The position numbers and the translations under genes were made by a program. The notes under the pieces were generated by a model. That model was not told the DNA's origin. It saw only the letters and a list, made by a program, of their open reading frames with translations, and did no database searches. Source: Promethearchaeota archaeon (GTDB lineage Archaea; Asgardarchaeota; Lokiarchaeia; Sigyniarchaeales; SOKP01). Taken from it: a stretch of 64,000 nucleotides of DNA. Of the stretch, positions 9,204-19,321 are shown in pieces. Position 1 is the first letter of the stretch; each line of letters starts with the position of its first letter. The stretch spans positions 100,854-164,853 of the forward strand of contig JBHLOY010000009.1 of assembly GCA_048939995.1 (NCBI GenBank), given 5' to 3'.

Positions 9204-10088
9204 ATGCCTATTGCAAAAATTAAAAATATTGAAATTTTCTATGATACTTTTGGAGATCCATCTTCTCAGCCTTTATTACTAATTATGGGTTTAGGAGCAC
9301 AGATGATAAGATGGGTTCCTGAATTATGTGAAGAATTCATGAAAAAAGGCTTCTTCGTTATACGATTTGATAACAGAGATGCAGGTCTATCAACGAAAAT
9401 TGAAGAAGCAGGTGCACCCGATATCATGAAAGTTTATCAAAAAGTAATGCGTAGAGAAGAAATTAAGGCGCCATATACTCTAAATGATATGGCAGATGAT
9501 GCCATTGGTCTATTAGATTTTCTTAAAATAGATAAGGCACATATCTGTGGTGCTTCTATGGGAGGCATGATTGCTCAGACTATATCCATCAGATATTCAT
9601 CTAGAGTTTTAAGCCTTACTTCTATCATGAGTAGCACTGGAGATCCTAATCTTCCTCACCCAAAGCCCCAGGCCTTGAAAGTTTTATTAACTCCACCTCC
9701 ACCGGGGCGAGAAGAATGTATTGAAACTTCTGTAGAAACTTGGCGCATTCTTTGGGGTTCAGGTTATCCATTTAATGAAGAGATACAGCGTAAGTTGGTA
9801 GCAGACGCTTATGATAGATCTTACTATCCCGATGGGTTTAAACGTCAGCTCTTAAGTATTCTTGCGAGTGGCGATCGAACTTCTGCTCTAGGTTCCGTTC
9901 GAATTCCTAGTCTCGTAATTCATGGAGCGGATGACCCTTTAGTTCCAGTTGAAGCTGGAAAAGCGACTGCAAAAGCAATTCCAGGAGCTGATTTATTGAT
10001 TATTGATGGTATGGGACATTCTTTTCCACCAGAAATTTGGCCAAAAGTTGTAGATGCAATATCAAAAAACGCTTCTAAAGCACATTAA
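9204..10088 (+). CDS. Alpha/beta-fold hydrolase
   Basis: LLIMGLG, RFDNRD, GASMGG nucleophile elbow, HGADD, GMGH. Confidence 0.92.
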   Translation: MPIAKIKNIEIFYDTFGDPSSQPLLLIMGLGAQMIRWVPELCEEFMKKGFFVIRFDNRDAGLSTKIEEAGAPDIMKVYQKVMRREEIKAPYTLNDMADDAIGLLDFLKIDKAHICGASMGGMIAQTISIRYSSRVLSLTSIMSSTGDPNLPHPKPQALKVLLTPPPPGREECIETSVETWRILWGSGYPFNEEIQRKLVADAYDRSYYPDGFKRQLLSILASGDRTSALGSVRIPSLVIHGADDPLVPVEAGKATAKAIPGADLLIIDGMGHSFPPEIWPKVVDAISKNASKAH

Positions 10089-10240
10089 ATAATACATTTA
10101 TTTTATTTCTATTAGATTCAATTCAATTCCTTGAATTCTAGCTAAATATATTAATTTAATAACGTTTAAATTTCAAATAAAACTAGATTTATATCTGTTA
10201 TTCGTCAAATAAATAATGAGTTGTATTGGAGGATGATTCA

Positions 10241-11389
10241 ATGAGAGAATGGTCAGCAATTATACTAGCTGGTGGTAGAGGTACTAGATTAATGCCTTTG
10301 ACTTCTCAAGTTCCAAAACCTTTAGTAAAAGTTACGAATAAGCCGATGGTTGACTATTCTATCGCACACTTGATTTATGCTGATATAAAGCATATAATTC
10401 TGGCTTTAGCTTGGCAAGGAAAGTTGGTGAAGGAACATATCGAAAAAACATGGACCCCTGATAAGTTAGGAGATGTAGAATTAGAATGTTTAATTCAAGA
10501 AAGCAAGGGAACTGCTGATGCATATAGACTTTCAATTAATAAATTAGATTCTGAAAAAGTAGCAGTTAGTATGGCAGATATTGTGACCAATCTTCCAATG
10601 AAGGATTTTATGACATTTCATTCTGAAAAAGGTGGGATCGCTACTATATCAATGAAAACTAGCGAAAGTCATACAAGTCAATATGGAGTGGTTTTATTAG
10701 ATAAAAACAGAAAGATTTACCTTTTTTTAGAGAAACCCGCTCCTATGGAATTGTATTTAAGTAGCATGGCTCAAAGAACTGATTTATTTCTGCATACCAA
10801 TATTATTAATACAGGTATTTATTGTTTTAAAAAAGATATAGCAGATGTTCTTACAAAAACTAATTTAATGGACTTTGGTGGTGAAGTTTTTCCATTTTTA
10901 CTTGAAAATGAATACGAGCTATATGGCTTTGTTAAGAACTATTATTGGTTAGATTGTGGAAATGCAGAAACTTACAAATGGGCAAATTGGGATCTATTGC
11001 GTAAATATGCTTGGCCAATTACTCCAAATGGAGAAGAATATGATCAAGTTTTTGTTATGGGTATTATCAACTCTGACCAAAATGTAACCATTGAGAAGCC
11101 CACTTGTTTTGGAGAATTCGTAGAACTTCGAAATAGAGTTAAAATTAAAGAATTAACTTCAATAGGAAATCACGTTACAATTGGAGAAGATACTATTTTA
11201 GAAAAAAGTGTTATCTGGGATAATGTTAAAATAGGAGCAGGTTGTAAAATTATTGAATCTGTTATTTGCGATAATTGCGAAATAGGTAATAATGTAGTTT
11301 TATATAATACAATTGTTGCCCCTACTAGTAAAGTAAGTGATGATATAGAACTGAGAGATAAGGTTATAGATCTTGGAGAACAAATTTAA
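10241..11389 (+). CDS. NDP-sugar pyrophosphorylase (GlgC/mannose-1-phosphate guanylyltransferase-like) with hexapeptide-repeat C-terminus
   Basis: ILAGGRGTRLMPLT..PKP, GTADA, FLEKP, INTGIY, DFGGEVFP, YWLDCG and left-handed beta-helix repeats. ATG 10241 preferred because GGAGG lies just upstream. Confidence 0.88.
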   Translation: MREWSAIILAGGRGTRLMPLTSQVPKPLVKVTNKPMVDYSIAHLIYADIKHIILALAWQGKLVKEHIEKTWTPDKLGDVELECLIQESKGTADAYRLSINKLDSEKVAVSMADIVTNLPMKDFMTFHSEKGGIATISMKTSESHTSQYGVVLLDKNRKIYLFLEKPAPMELYLSSMAQRTDLFLHTNIINTGIYCFKKDIADVLTKTNLMDFGGEVFPFLLENEYELYGFVKNYYWLDCGNAETYKWANWDLLRKYAWPITPNGEEYDQVFVMGIINSDQNVTIEKPTCFGEFVELRNRVKIKELTSIGNHVTIGEDTILEKSVIWDNVKIGAGCKIIESVICDNCEIGNNVVLYNTIVAPTSKVSDDIELRDKVIDLGEQI

Positions 11390-11416
11390 AATTTTGCACT
11401 AATTTATACATAATTT

Positions 11417-13009
11417 ATGAGGCTAGGATTTTTTGGTTTAGTTTTACATGGACATATGCCATGGTGTAAGAAAAGTGGAATTTGGCCTGCCGGTGAAGAT
11501 TGGTATTTTGAGGTAGCTTTGGAAACCTACATTCCATTATTAAATATTTTGAGGAGTCTTAAGGAAAGAGGAATCAAAACAGCAATTACAATCAACATAA
11601 CGCCAATCTTAGCTGAACTTATGGCTGATGAATATATGAAGCAACGTTTTTCTGAATACATGGATAATTTAATAAAAAGAGCTAAATCTGATATTCAAAG
11701 ATTTAAACATCAACCTCAGCAGAAAAAGATAGCGGAATACCATTTAAAAAATTTTGAATATGTACTAAATACATTCTACAGTAATTATTATAGAGACCTT
11801 TTGGGAAGTTTTAAGTGGTTACAAAACGAGGGCATGATTGAATTAATTACGTGTGCTGCGACCCATGGGTTTTTACCTCTATTTGAGTGGGATTCAGGAC
11901 TCTTTTCTCAGATTCAAACAGCAGTAGACACCCATAAGAAATATTTTGGGCAAAACCCAAAAGGTATATGGCTTCCAGAATGTGCATATCGTCCAAAACA
12001 AATTCATCAAGGAATTTTAAGAGAAAGTATTGATTATTGGCTTAATAATTCTGGAATTGAATACTTCTTTGTAGATTCTCATGGAATCTTAAATGCTGAG
12101 ATTTTGGAACAAAAAAATGAAGTCGGTTTGAATACTAACATAGGATATTCTTTGAAAACTAGAGTTTCAGTTTTAGGACGTAATGAAAATACAAGTAGAC
12201 AAGTTTGGGATGCAAATATAGGTTATCCTGGAAATGAATACTATAGAGAGTTTCATAGAAAGGATCATGAATCTGGTCTACACTACTGGCGAATAACAGG
12301 TAAAACTTTAGAAGCAGACAAAAAGGAATTATATGATATCAACAAAGCTAATGAGGTTGTTGATTCCCACGCTCATCATTTTATCTCTTTAGTTGAATCA
12401 GATTTAAATAAATTCTCGAAAGATTGGAAATTTCCAGGAATAATTGTCTCACCCTTCGATTTTGAATTATATGGACATTGGTGGGGTGAAGGTATCAATT
12501 GGTTAAACAGAGTTTTTGAACTCGTTAATTCCAATGATAAAGTAGAAATGATTACTATTTCCGATTACATTTCAAAATATAATGAGGATTTCTCCATAAT
12601 AGAAATGAAAGAAAGTAGCTGGGGAGAAGGAGGTGATTTTAGAGTATGGAAAAATCCTGAACACGGTTGGGTTTGGCCCTATATCAATGGTTCGATCAAA
12701 GAGTTTGAAGATATCTTGCAGAAATATCCAAATCCTAATGATTGGGAAAAAAGAATTCTTAACCAAATTTCTCGAGAGCTCTTATTAATGGAAGGAAGCG
12801 ATTGGCCCTTCCTTCTTTATACTAAACAAGCCAAAGAATATGCTAATCAAAGATTTCATCACCACCATCAGAGATTTCTTAAATTAATTTGGGCTGCCAA
12901 AGATTTTAATGATAAATCAAGAATTTCCTTAAGTGAATTGGAAAGTATTGAGGATATCGATTCATGTTTCAAGGATATAAAAGTCAAATATTTTAAAAAA
13001 ATTAATTAG
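11417..13009 (+). CDS. GH57 1,4-alpha-glucan branching enzyme (DUF1957), short-loop paralog
   Basis: HGHMP, ETYIPL, ATHGFLP, WLPECAY (nucleophile Glu), PFDFELYGHWW (acid/base Asp), SSWG, SDWPF. Confidence 0.92.
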   Translation: MRLGFFGLVLHGHMPWCKKSGIWPAGEDWYFEVALETYIPLLNILRSLKERGIKTAITINITPILAELMADEYMKQRFSEYMDNLIKRAKSDIQRFKHQPQQKKIAEYHLKNFEYVLNTFYSNYYRDLLGSFKWLQNEGMIELITCAATHGFLPLFEWDSGLFSQIQTAVDTHKKYFGQNPKGIWLPECAYRPKQIHQGILRESIDYWLNNSGIEYFFVDSHGILNAEILEQKNEVGLNTNIGYSLKTRVSVLGRNENTSRQVWDANIGYPGNEYYREFHRKDHESGLHYWRITGKTLEADKKELYDINKANEVVDSHAHHFISLVESDLNKFSKDWKFPGIIVSPFDFELYGHWWGEGINWLNRVFELVNSNDKVEMITISDYISKYNEDFSIIEMKESSWGEGGDFRVWKNPEHGWVWPYINGSIKEFEDILQKYPNPNDWEKRILNQISRELLLMEGSDWPFLLYTKQAKEYANQRFHHHHQRFLKLIWAAKDFNDKSRISLSELESIEDIDSCFKDIKVKYFKKIN

Positions 13010-13022
13010 ATATAATTAAATG

Positions 13023-13508
13023 TTATTTAGATCTCTTTCTCTTACTTATTTCTATAAATTCAATAATTGTGCCAAAGATGTTCTCAGTATCCATATACAT
13101 GTATTCTAATTTACCAAAATTAAAAAATCCAGTTTGTATAACGTTTAACTCCTTGTTCTGAAAGTGACTTTTATAATTTTCAAGATTTTCTACGTAACAC
13201 CCGATATGATGCAGTCCCTCCTTTTTAGCATCTACAAATTCTTTATAAATACAATCACCAATTAGCCATTGAAACAGCTCAATGGTTGTACCAAAACATC
13301 GACTGACTCCAATCTTCAAAGAAAATTTGGTTTCTCTCCCTCGATAAATAGCAGACTGGTCAATAGCTTCCGAAAAGTTGAACTTTGGCATTTTAAATAA
13401 AGATTCCATCACTTCTACTTGCTTCTCTGCCTCCTTATAAATAAAGCATAGATGGTCTATTTTTAGATTCCTAAAATCAATATCAATTTGAGGTTCCATA
13501 TTAATCAA
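13023..13508 (-). CDS. VOC/glyoxalase family protein (methylmalonyl-CoA epimerase-like)
   Basis: IDHLCF, IELFQ, EGLHHIG, YMDT...GTIIEFIE. Confidence 0.85.
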   Translation of the reverse strand: MINMEPQIDIDFRNLKIDHLCFIYKEAEKQVEVMESLFKMPKFNFSEAIDQSAIYRGRETKFSLKIGVSRCFGTTIELFQWLIGDCIYKEFVDAKKEGLHHIGCYVENLENYKSHFQNKELNVIQTGFFNFGKLEYMYMDTENIFGTIIEFIEISKRKRSK

Positions 13509-13579
13509 TAACTCTATGAATTATTAAATTATAATAAGCTAGGATATAAAATTTTTTAATCAAAAATTAAACAATTTTG

Positions 13580-15307
13580 CTAGTATTTTGCAAAGGGTGT
13601 AAGATCAATATCCATAAAGAGGCCATCATTAGCCTCAAGAGTTCCAAGAAAATGCCATTCTCCCTCGTCCACATGCTGTCCACTTCCAAATTTCGAAGCC
13701 ATATCATATAGGCGATTAAAATTCTCATAATGAAGTGCTATTCGATTTTCAGCGTAATCTCGAGCGGACCAAGTAGTCATTAGAAATTGCCAGTCTGAAC
13801 TTTGCAGAAGCAATAATTCTCTAGCCATTTGTTTTAAGATTTTAATTAAATGTTCATTTGATGAATCTTTGTATTTACTCATGATCTCTTCGCTTTTTGC
13901 TTCACATTCATAGATTTTTTCCCATGTCCACGTTGTCCATTCATTCAACCAGACCCAGTGCGAACTTCCTTGGCCCCAACTGCCTTCAATTATTTGAACT
14001 ACCTTATTAGGGGAATTTTCTTCTATAAAAAGTCTTGTATTTGTTAAATCAATCGCAGGATCATCTTCAATCCATCTTAGGATTCTTGCTAGCCACCAAT
14101 TCCCCTCAAACCACCAATGTCCAAAGAGTTCACAATCATAGGGGGCTACAATTATTCCGTTATTCCCAAATTTTGCTCTATAATCCATAAGAATGTCTTT
14201 AATGAGTTGCACATAATGACCAGCATTTTCATCTAATTTTCTTGGGACGTCATCTGGCCAGTAAAGCCATTTTTCTCCCAGATCAACTTTGGGACCTGTG
14301 ACACGCCAATAACGCATCCCTCCAGGCCAATGTTTTTTATGAAATTCTAAATATTCTGCACAGCCAGGATAGCCGTGTTCTCCGCTCCAAACTACAATTC
14401 CTGTTCTTTCATCTCTTGTAAAGAATGCTACCGGAGCTTCCGTTGACGGATCAGTCGAGACCAGATAGGCTTCATATTGTGACTTTTCAAAAGAGGTAGG
14501 TATTTCTTCATATTGATCTGCAAATTGTTTCCATAATTCTTTCAATAGAGGGAATCTTGCTGCATAGACACCTTGAGATTTTCCTCCTAATAATAAAGCT
14601 GTATCAACAAAAAAATACTTTAAACCATTTTTTGCAAGAAAGTATTCTATACCAGGTCGATTATATTCTTCCCCAGTAATGGGATTCTTCCATCGATATC
14701 CCGGACGATAGGCACATTCAGGTAACCATGTTCCTGTTGGCCTTCTACCAAAATGCATCTCATAGTTATCTACTGCGGTTTTAAATTGAGCGTTAATAGA
14801 AGTATCCTTTGAAAGTAACGGAGCATATCCATGTGTAGCTCCACATGTTATAATGTCCAAAAGTCCATCATCTTGCAGTTTTTTAAATCCTCCCACAATA
14901 TCTCTGTTAAATCGATGTATAAAGTCATCTCTTATTCTTTCATAGAATTCTTGCCACCATTTCGCTAATTTAATTCTACCCTCTTCATATTTATTAGTAG
15001 TAAAATCATCATAATCGTGAAGAGTAGCAGCAACCTTCTCATCTAAATAACCAATAAAGCCATCAACAAAAGAAGGGTGTCTTAACATCTCACATAAGAC
15101 AGGGGTGATGCCTATGGTAAGCTTTGGATGGTATCCATCCTCTACAAGCTTATAAAGTTCTTGGAGTAGAGGTATGTAGGTTTCTGCAGCTGCTTCATTG
15201 GTCCAGCTCATCCCGTGAGGCCATATTCCATGATTTAGAACCCACGGAAGGTGGGAATGCAATACTAACACGAAAGAGCCTAATTTATCTGGCATTATTT
15301 TTACCAA
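13580..15307 (-). CDS. GH57 1,4-alpha-glucan branching enzyme (DUF1957), long-loop paralog
   Basis: HSHLP, ETYIPL, ATHGYAP, WLPECAY, PYDCELFGHWW, GSWG, SSDWQF. Confidence 0.93.
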   Translation of the reverse strand: MVKIMPDKLGSFVLVLHSHLPWVLNHGIWPHGMSWTNEAAAETYIPLLQELYKLVEDGYHPKLTIGITPVLCEMLRHPSFVDGFIGYLDEKVAATLHDYDDFTTNKYEEGRIKLAKWWQEFYERIRDDFIHRFNRDIVGGFKKLQDDGLLDIITCGATHGYAPLLSKDTSINAQFKTAVDNYEMHFGRRPTGTWLPECAYRPGYRWKNPITGEEYNRPGIEYFLAKNGLKYFFVDTALLLGGKSQGVYAARFPLLKELWKQFADQYEEIPTSFEKSQYEAYLVSTDPSTEAPVAFFTRDERTGIVVWSGEHGYPGCAEYLEFHKKHWPGGMRYWRVTGPKVDLGEKWLYWPDDVPRKLDENAGHYVQLIKDILMDYRAKFGNNGIIVAPYDCELFGHWWFEGNWWLARILRWIEDDPAIDLTNTRLFIEENSPNKVVQIIEGSWGQGSSHWVWLNEWTTWTWEKIYECEAKSEEIMSKYKDSSNEHLIKILKQMARELLLLQSSDWQFLMTTWSARDYAENRIALHYENFNRLYDMASKFGSGQHVDEGEWHFLGTLEANDGLFMDIDLTPFAKY

Positions 15308-15485
15308 TTGAATATTAATAATTAATTAAATTTATTGGAGCGTGGATTATAAAGTTTTTAAATTTTTAAGGTAATTAATTTTTTCGATTTTTTAAAACAG
15401 TTAAAGTTATAAACTCAAAACTAGCTATATAATATATAATTTCCAATTGACTTTTTTCAAATAATTCAAATTTTAAATGATTTAG

Positions 15486-16880
15486 ATGGTTCAAGATCTA
15501 GAGACCTTAAATAAGAATGGTCGAATAGTAGGTCGTGCAAATTATATTTTTACACCAGAGGTTTCAAGCTCAATTGGTTCTATTCATGGAAGCATGTTTA
15601 AGGAAAATGAAACTGTTGTAATTGGTAGAGATTATCACAACGATAGTCGGATGTTAAAAAGAGCATACACTTCAGGTCTTATGAGTACTGGTGTTAATAT
15701 ATTGAATTTATCTGATTGTACCTATCCTCTTTTACAGTTTACAATAAGAAGATTTGGGGCTACAGGGGGAACTTATTTTTCTGGAGGACATTTATATAGT
15801 GAGGATGTTGGTGTTAGATTTGTTGATGCGGGAGGTATAGAGTTTGCACCAACTGAAATTGAGAAAATAATAAGATCTTATAATATATACCCTCAGAAGG
15901 TAAGAAGAGTAGAACCTAGTAAAATAGGTCAAATAACAGCAATTCCTCAAACTCAGGATGTATATATCAAATCTTTAGAACAATTTGTGGATAAAAAAAG
16001 AATTAAAGGAGCAGCTCTTAAGATTGTTGTAGATTGTTCATATGGGCCTACAGGGAAAATAACCCCGATATTAATAAATGATATTGGTGTTGAAGTTATT
16101 GCTTTAAACACGCATTATCGTCAACGAGAGCAGGTGCCTGTCCCCAGTATTAATACTATTAAAAATACTGCTAATATAGTAAAAGCTTCAAATAGTCATT
16201 TAGGCGTTTGTTTTGATGTTGATGGTTCGAGAATACTAGTTTTGGATGAAAATGGTTTAGAAATAAATTATGAAGATTTATTAATGCTATTTATATCATA
16301 TGATGAGCGTATTCAAAAATCTAAATCAAGTACAGTAATTATAACACCTTCAATTTCCTCAGTAGTAACGAATTTCATTCAAGAATCAGGATTTCCAATA
16401 AAACTTGTTGAAAATCTTCCTGGGGAAATTTCGCGACAAATTAGAGAAGAAAGAGCCTGTTTTGCTGCAGCAGATACATTTAAGTTTTACTTCCCGCAAT
16501 ATAGTCCTTTCAGTGATGGAAATTTCATCTTATTGAAAATTCTTGAAATTATGACTGCTCAAAAAGACCTTTTGAGTTCACTAACTAGAGGTTTTCCAAA
16601 GGGAATTAAGGTAAGCAAAACAATCCCAGTTTCAGACAATTTAGCTAATAATATCCACAATACCTTAATAAAATTCACAGAGGAGAATAATTTAAAATAT
16701 CAAGACATCATTAATGAACTTAAAATTATTGGTGATGATGTATTCACTAATATTAAAGTTGCATTGAATCGAAATGCAATACTTCTGTCAGCAGAATCAG
16801 AGGATTCATTAAAATCTAAAAAAATGATTGAAGAGCTATCAAAGATTATATCTGAATTAGAATTATTACATGAAAAATAA
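15486..16880 (+). CDS. Alpha-D-phosphohexomutase-fold protein with a degenerate active site
   Basis: VVIGRD...SRMLKRA..SGL, KIVVDCSYG and the overall length fit PGM/PMM. The phospho-Ser loop reads FSGGHLY instead of TASHN and the metal loop reads FDVDGSR instead of DGDGDR. Confidence 0.82.
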   Translation: MVQDLETLNKNGRIVGRANYIFTPEVSSSIGSIHGSMFKENETVVIGRDYHNDSRMLKRAYTSGLMSTGVNILNLSDCTYPLLQFTIRRFGATGGTYFSGGHLYSEDVGVRFVDAGGIEFAPTEIEKIIRSYNIYPQKVRRVEPSKIGQITAIPQTQDVYIKSLEQFVDKKRIKGAALKIVVDCSYGPTGKITPILINDIGVEVIALNTHYRQREQVPVPSINTIKNTANIVKASNSHLGVCFDVDGSRILVLDENGLEINYEDLLMLFISYDERIQKSKSSTVIITPSISSVVTNFIQESGFPIKLVENLPGEISRQIREERACFAAADTFKFYFPQYSPFSDGNFILLKILEIMTAQKDLLSSLTRGFPKGIKVSKTIPVSDNLANNIHNTLIKFTEENNLKYQDIINELKIIGDDVFTNIKVALNRNAILLSAESEDSLKSKKMIEELSKIISELELLHEK

Positions 16881-16965
16881 TCAACAATCTATTAAAGATT
16901 TAAAAAATAAGACTTTATATAAATAATAATAAAATGAAAATTAAAAATAAAAAGGAATCTTAATC

Positions 16966-17667
16966 ATGGCATTCACCATTGATACAATAATATTTTTAAT
17001 AACATTTTTCATCATTTTTGGAGTTTTTTTAATATTTGATGTATTCAAAAGGAATGAGAAATATGGATATCTTGCCTATATTATAGCACTTTTGCCTTCT
17101 GATTATCTCTGGGGTCTCGGTTTTGATGTTCTCGGGGTTTATTTAGTTCTATTTATCCTTTGGGATATATGTTTAATTCGTGATTTATTTGGTGTAGCAT
17201 CGCAGAAGAAGGAAATAAACGAGATTATTCTTTATTTTGTATTGGCGATTATCATTCAAATTATTCTCACTGCTATTCTCCCCGTTTCAGTTCCTTTCAT
17301 GCAAACGAATACAATCCCATATTGGTTTTTTTATATGCCGGATATCTATACAGATACATTTCTAATCGAACCATGGGTAGATCTAGGGATTTTGATGGGT
17401 TTTAGAATAGCAGCATCAATGAGTGTGGGTTTAGTTATTATTCCGTTACTCATTGACTTAAAGGGAGAAGAAGTTCCAATACCAGTATTTATAATAATTA
17501 TAGCCCTCTTTATTCTGCCTTTTCTGTATTTAAGCTATGTATGGTTGCCTGAGGCGATGGCAGTATTAACAGTTCTTTTTTCGGTTATATTGTTCATTAT
17601 TTTACTTATTATAACTAGAAGTGGGAAGGAAGCTCAAATAAAATTGACTCCACAAAAGAAAAAGTAA
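16966..17667 (+). CDS. Hypothetical multi-pass membrane protein
   Basis: 233 aa with about 7 hydrophobic segments; no recognisable motif; immediately upstream of radA. Confidence 0.75.
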   Translation: MAFTIDTIIFLITFFIIFGVFLIFDVFKRNEKYGYLAYIIALLPSDYLWGLGFDVLGVYLVLFILWDICLIRDLFGVASQKKEINEIILYFVLAIIIQIILTAILPVSVPFMQTNTIPYWFFYMPDIYTDTFLIEPWVDLGILMGFRIAASMSVGLVIIPLLIDLKGEEVPIPVFIIIIALFILPFLYLSYVWLPEAMAVLTVLFSVILFIILLIITRSGKEAQIKLTPQKKK

Positions 17668-17736
17668 ATCTGTATTTTTTATTCTTAATTAATAATTTAT
17701 TAAATTATAATAAAGTGAAAGGAAAACAATCTGATA

Positions 17737-18738
17737 ATGGCGAAAAAAAAAAATAGTCAATCAGATGAGGAATCTAAAATAATTGAAAATCAAAATATAG
17801 TAAAATTTCAATTAGAAGACATCCCAGGGATAGGAGAAGCTACATTAAAAAAGCTTAAGGAGGCAGGAATTATATCTACGCGAACTTTAGCCGTTTATCC
17901 ACTTACTAAATTAGTTGAGGAAGCTGGAATTGGAGAAAAAACAGCTCAAAAAATAATAAAATCTGCTCAAGAAGTTGAAAAAATGGGTTTTAAGTCTGCC
18001 GATATTATTTGGGAAAAAAGAAAAACACTAAAAAAATTAACGACTGGAAGTCAAAATTTAGATGATTTATTGGGGGGTGGTATTGAAACTGGTGCAGTTA
18101 CTGAGCTCTACGGAGAGTATCGAACAGGAAAAACACAAATAGCGCATCAATTATGTGTCAATGTACAATTACCTTATGAGGAGGGAGGTATTGGAGGTAA
18201 TGCCTTATATATCGATTCTGAAGGTACTTTTAGACCAGAACGTATTGTACAAATGGCATCAGCAAAGGATTTGGATTATAATAAGATATTGCGGAATATT
18301 ACATATGGAAGAGCATATAATAGTGATCATCAAGTACTATTGGTAAAAGAAGCTCCAAAAATTATTGAAGAGAAAAATATTAAATTAGTGATAATCGATT
18401 CAATAATAGGTCATTTTCGCAGCGAGTATGTGGGAAGAGGAACTCTAGCCAATAGACAACAGATATTGAATGGTCATATTCATGATCTTCTAAGATTAAC
18501 TGAGATATTTGATGAATTAGCTGTTGTTTTTACAAATCAAGTTTCTGCTAGACCAGATGTATTTTATGGAGATCCTCTTAGAGCAACTGGTGGAAATGTG
18601 ATAGCCCATGGGGCTACAATTAGAATACGCTTAAGAAAAGGAAAAGGTGAGCAGAGAATTGCCAAAATGATTGATGCTCCACATCTACCAGAAGAAGAAG
18701 CTGTGTTTTCTATTACTGAAGATGGACTAGCAGATTAG
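17737..18738 (+). CDS. radA: DNA repair and recombination protein RadA
   Basis: N-terminal HhH (IPGIGE), polymerisation motif GFKSA, Walker A GEYRTGKTQ, YIDSEGTFRPER, FRSEYVGRGTLANRQQ. Confidence 0.97.
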   Translation: MAKKKNSQSDEESKIIENQNIVKFQLEDIPGIGEATLKKLKEAGIISTRTLAVYPLTKLVEEAGIGEKTAQKIIKSAQEVEKMGFKSADIIWEKRKTLKKLTTGSQNLDDLLGGGIETGAVTELYGEYRTGKTQIAHQLCVNVQLPYEEGGIGGNALYIDSEGTFRPERIVQMASAKDLDYNKILRNITYGRAYNSDHQVLLVKEAPKIIEEKNIKLVIIDSIIGHFRSEYVGRGTLANRQQILNGHIHDLLRLTEIFDELAVVFTNQVSARPDVFYGDPLRATGGNVIAHGATIRIRLRKGKGEQRIAKMIDAPHLPEEEAVFSITEDGLAD

Positions 18739-18777
18739 AAGAGCTTATAAAGCTAGAGAACTATAAAATCCTCTCTT

Positions 18778-19224
18778 TTAATAATTGAGATTTACTTCTA
18801 CGTCTATTCCTTCTCTTACCGCTTGAGTGACAATGCAATAATTCTCAAACATTTTTCTGCACTGATCAGCTCTTTTACGCGTTTCAGGGTCCTCAATCTT
18901 AGAATTAATATCCACATTGATTTTTTTAACTCTCCAAAATCCTTTTTCATTGCGTGCTACGGTCACTTCTGCTTCTGCTTTTAAATCTTTTAAATTGAAT
19001 TCTCGCTTTTTTAGACAGAAAATAAAACTAGCACTAAGGCATCCCAAAACGGCTAAGCCTAACATCCTTGAAGGATTTGGCCCTAACATATCTACTTCAT
19101 CTTTATGAGTATCATCTATATAACAATCCTTTACTTTCATCTCTCCTAGATCACATTTAAATATCATTTCTTCTTCCAAAGAAATTCGAACTTTAGTTTT
19201 TATTGTTTCTGTCATATTTCTCAC
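18778..19224 (-). CDS. OsmC family protein
   Basis: GPNPSRML..AVLGCL and FENYCIVTQAVREG, the two conserved Cys motifs. Confidence 0.85.
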   Translation of the reverse strand: MRNMTETIKTKVRISLEEEMIFKCDLGEMKVKDCYIDDTHKDEVDMLGPNPSRMLGLAVLGCLSASFIFCLKKREFNLKDLKAEAEVTVARNEKGFWRVKKINVDINSKIEDPETRKRADQCRKMFENYCIVTQAVREGIDVEVNLNY

Positions 19225-19321
19225 CAGAATCTGTAAAAGTTATTTTTATTATTTTAGATTCTTCTGAAATTCTTAAGGTTTATTTATATAAAATATAAGT
19301 CATCAAATCAACCTTTAAAGA

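Noticed and set aside
10241-11389. Possible eIF2B gamma/epsilon-like eukaryotic signature protein
   Set aside because: The catalytic GGxGTRLxPLT..PKP and EKP motifs are intact and the neighbours are glucan genes, so an active sugar nucleotidyltransferase is the simpler call.
16966-17667. 7-TM protein ending in KKK as a rhodopsin/GPCR-like protein or one carrying a dilysine retrieval signal
   Set aside because: There is no retinal-binding Lys motif in the last helix, and Lys-rich ends are common in this AT-rich genome.
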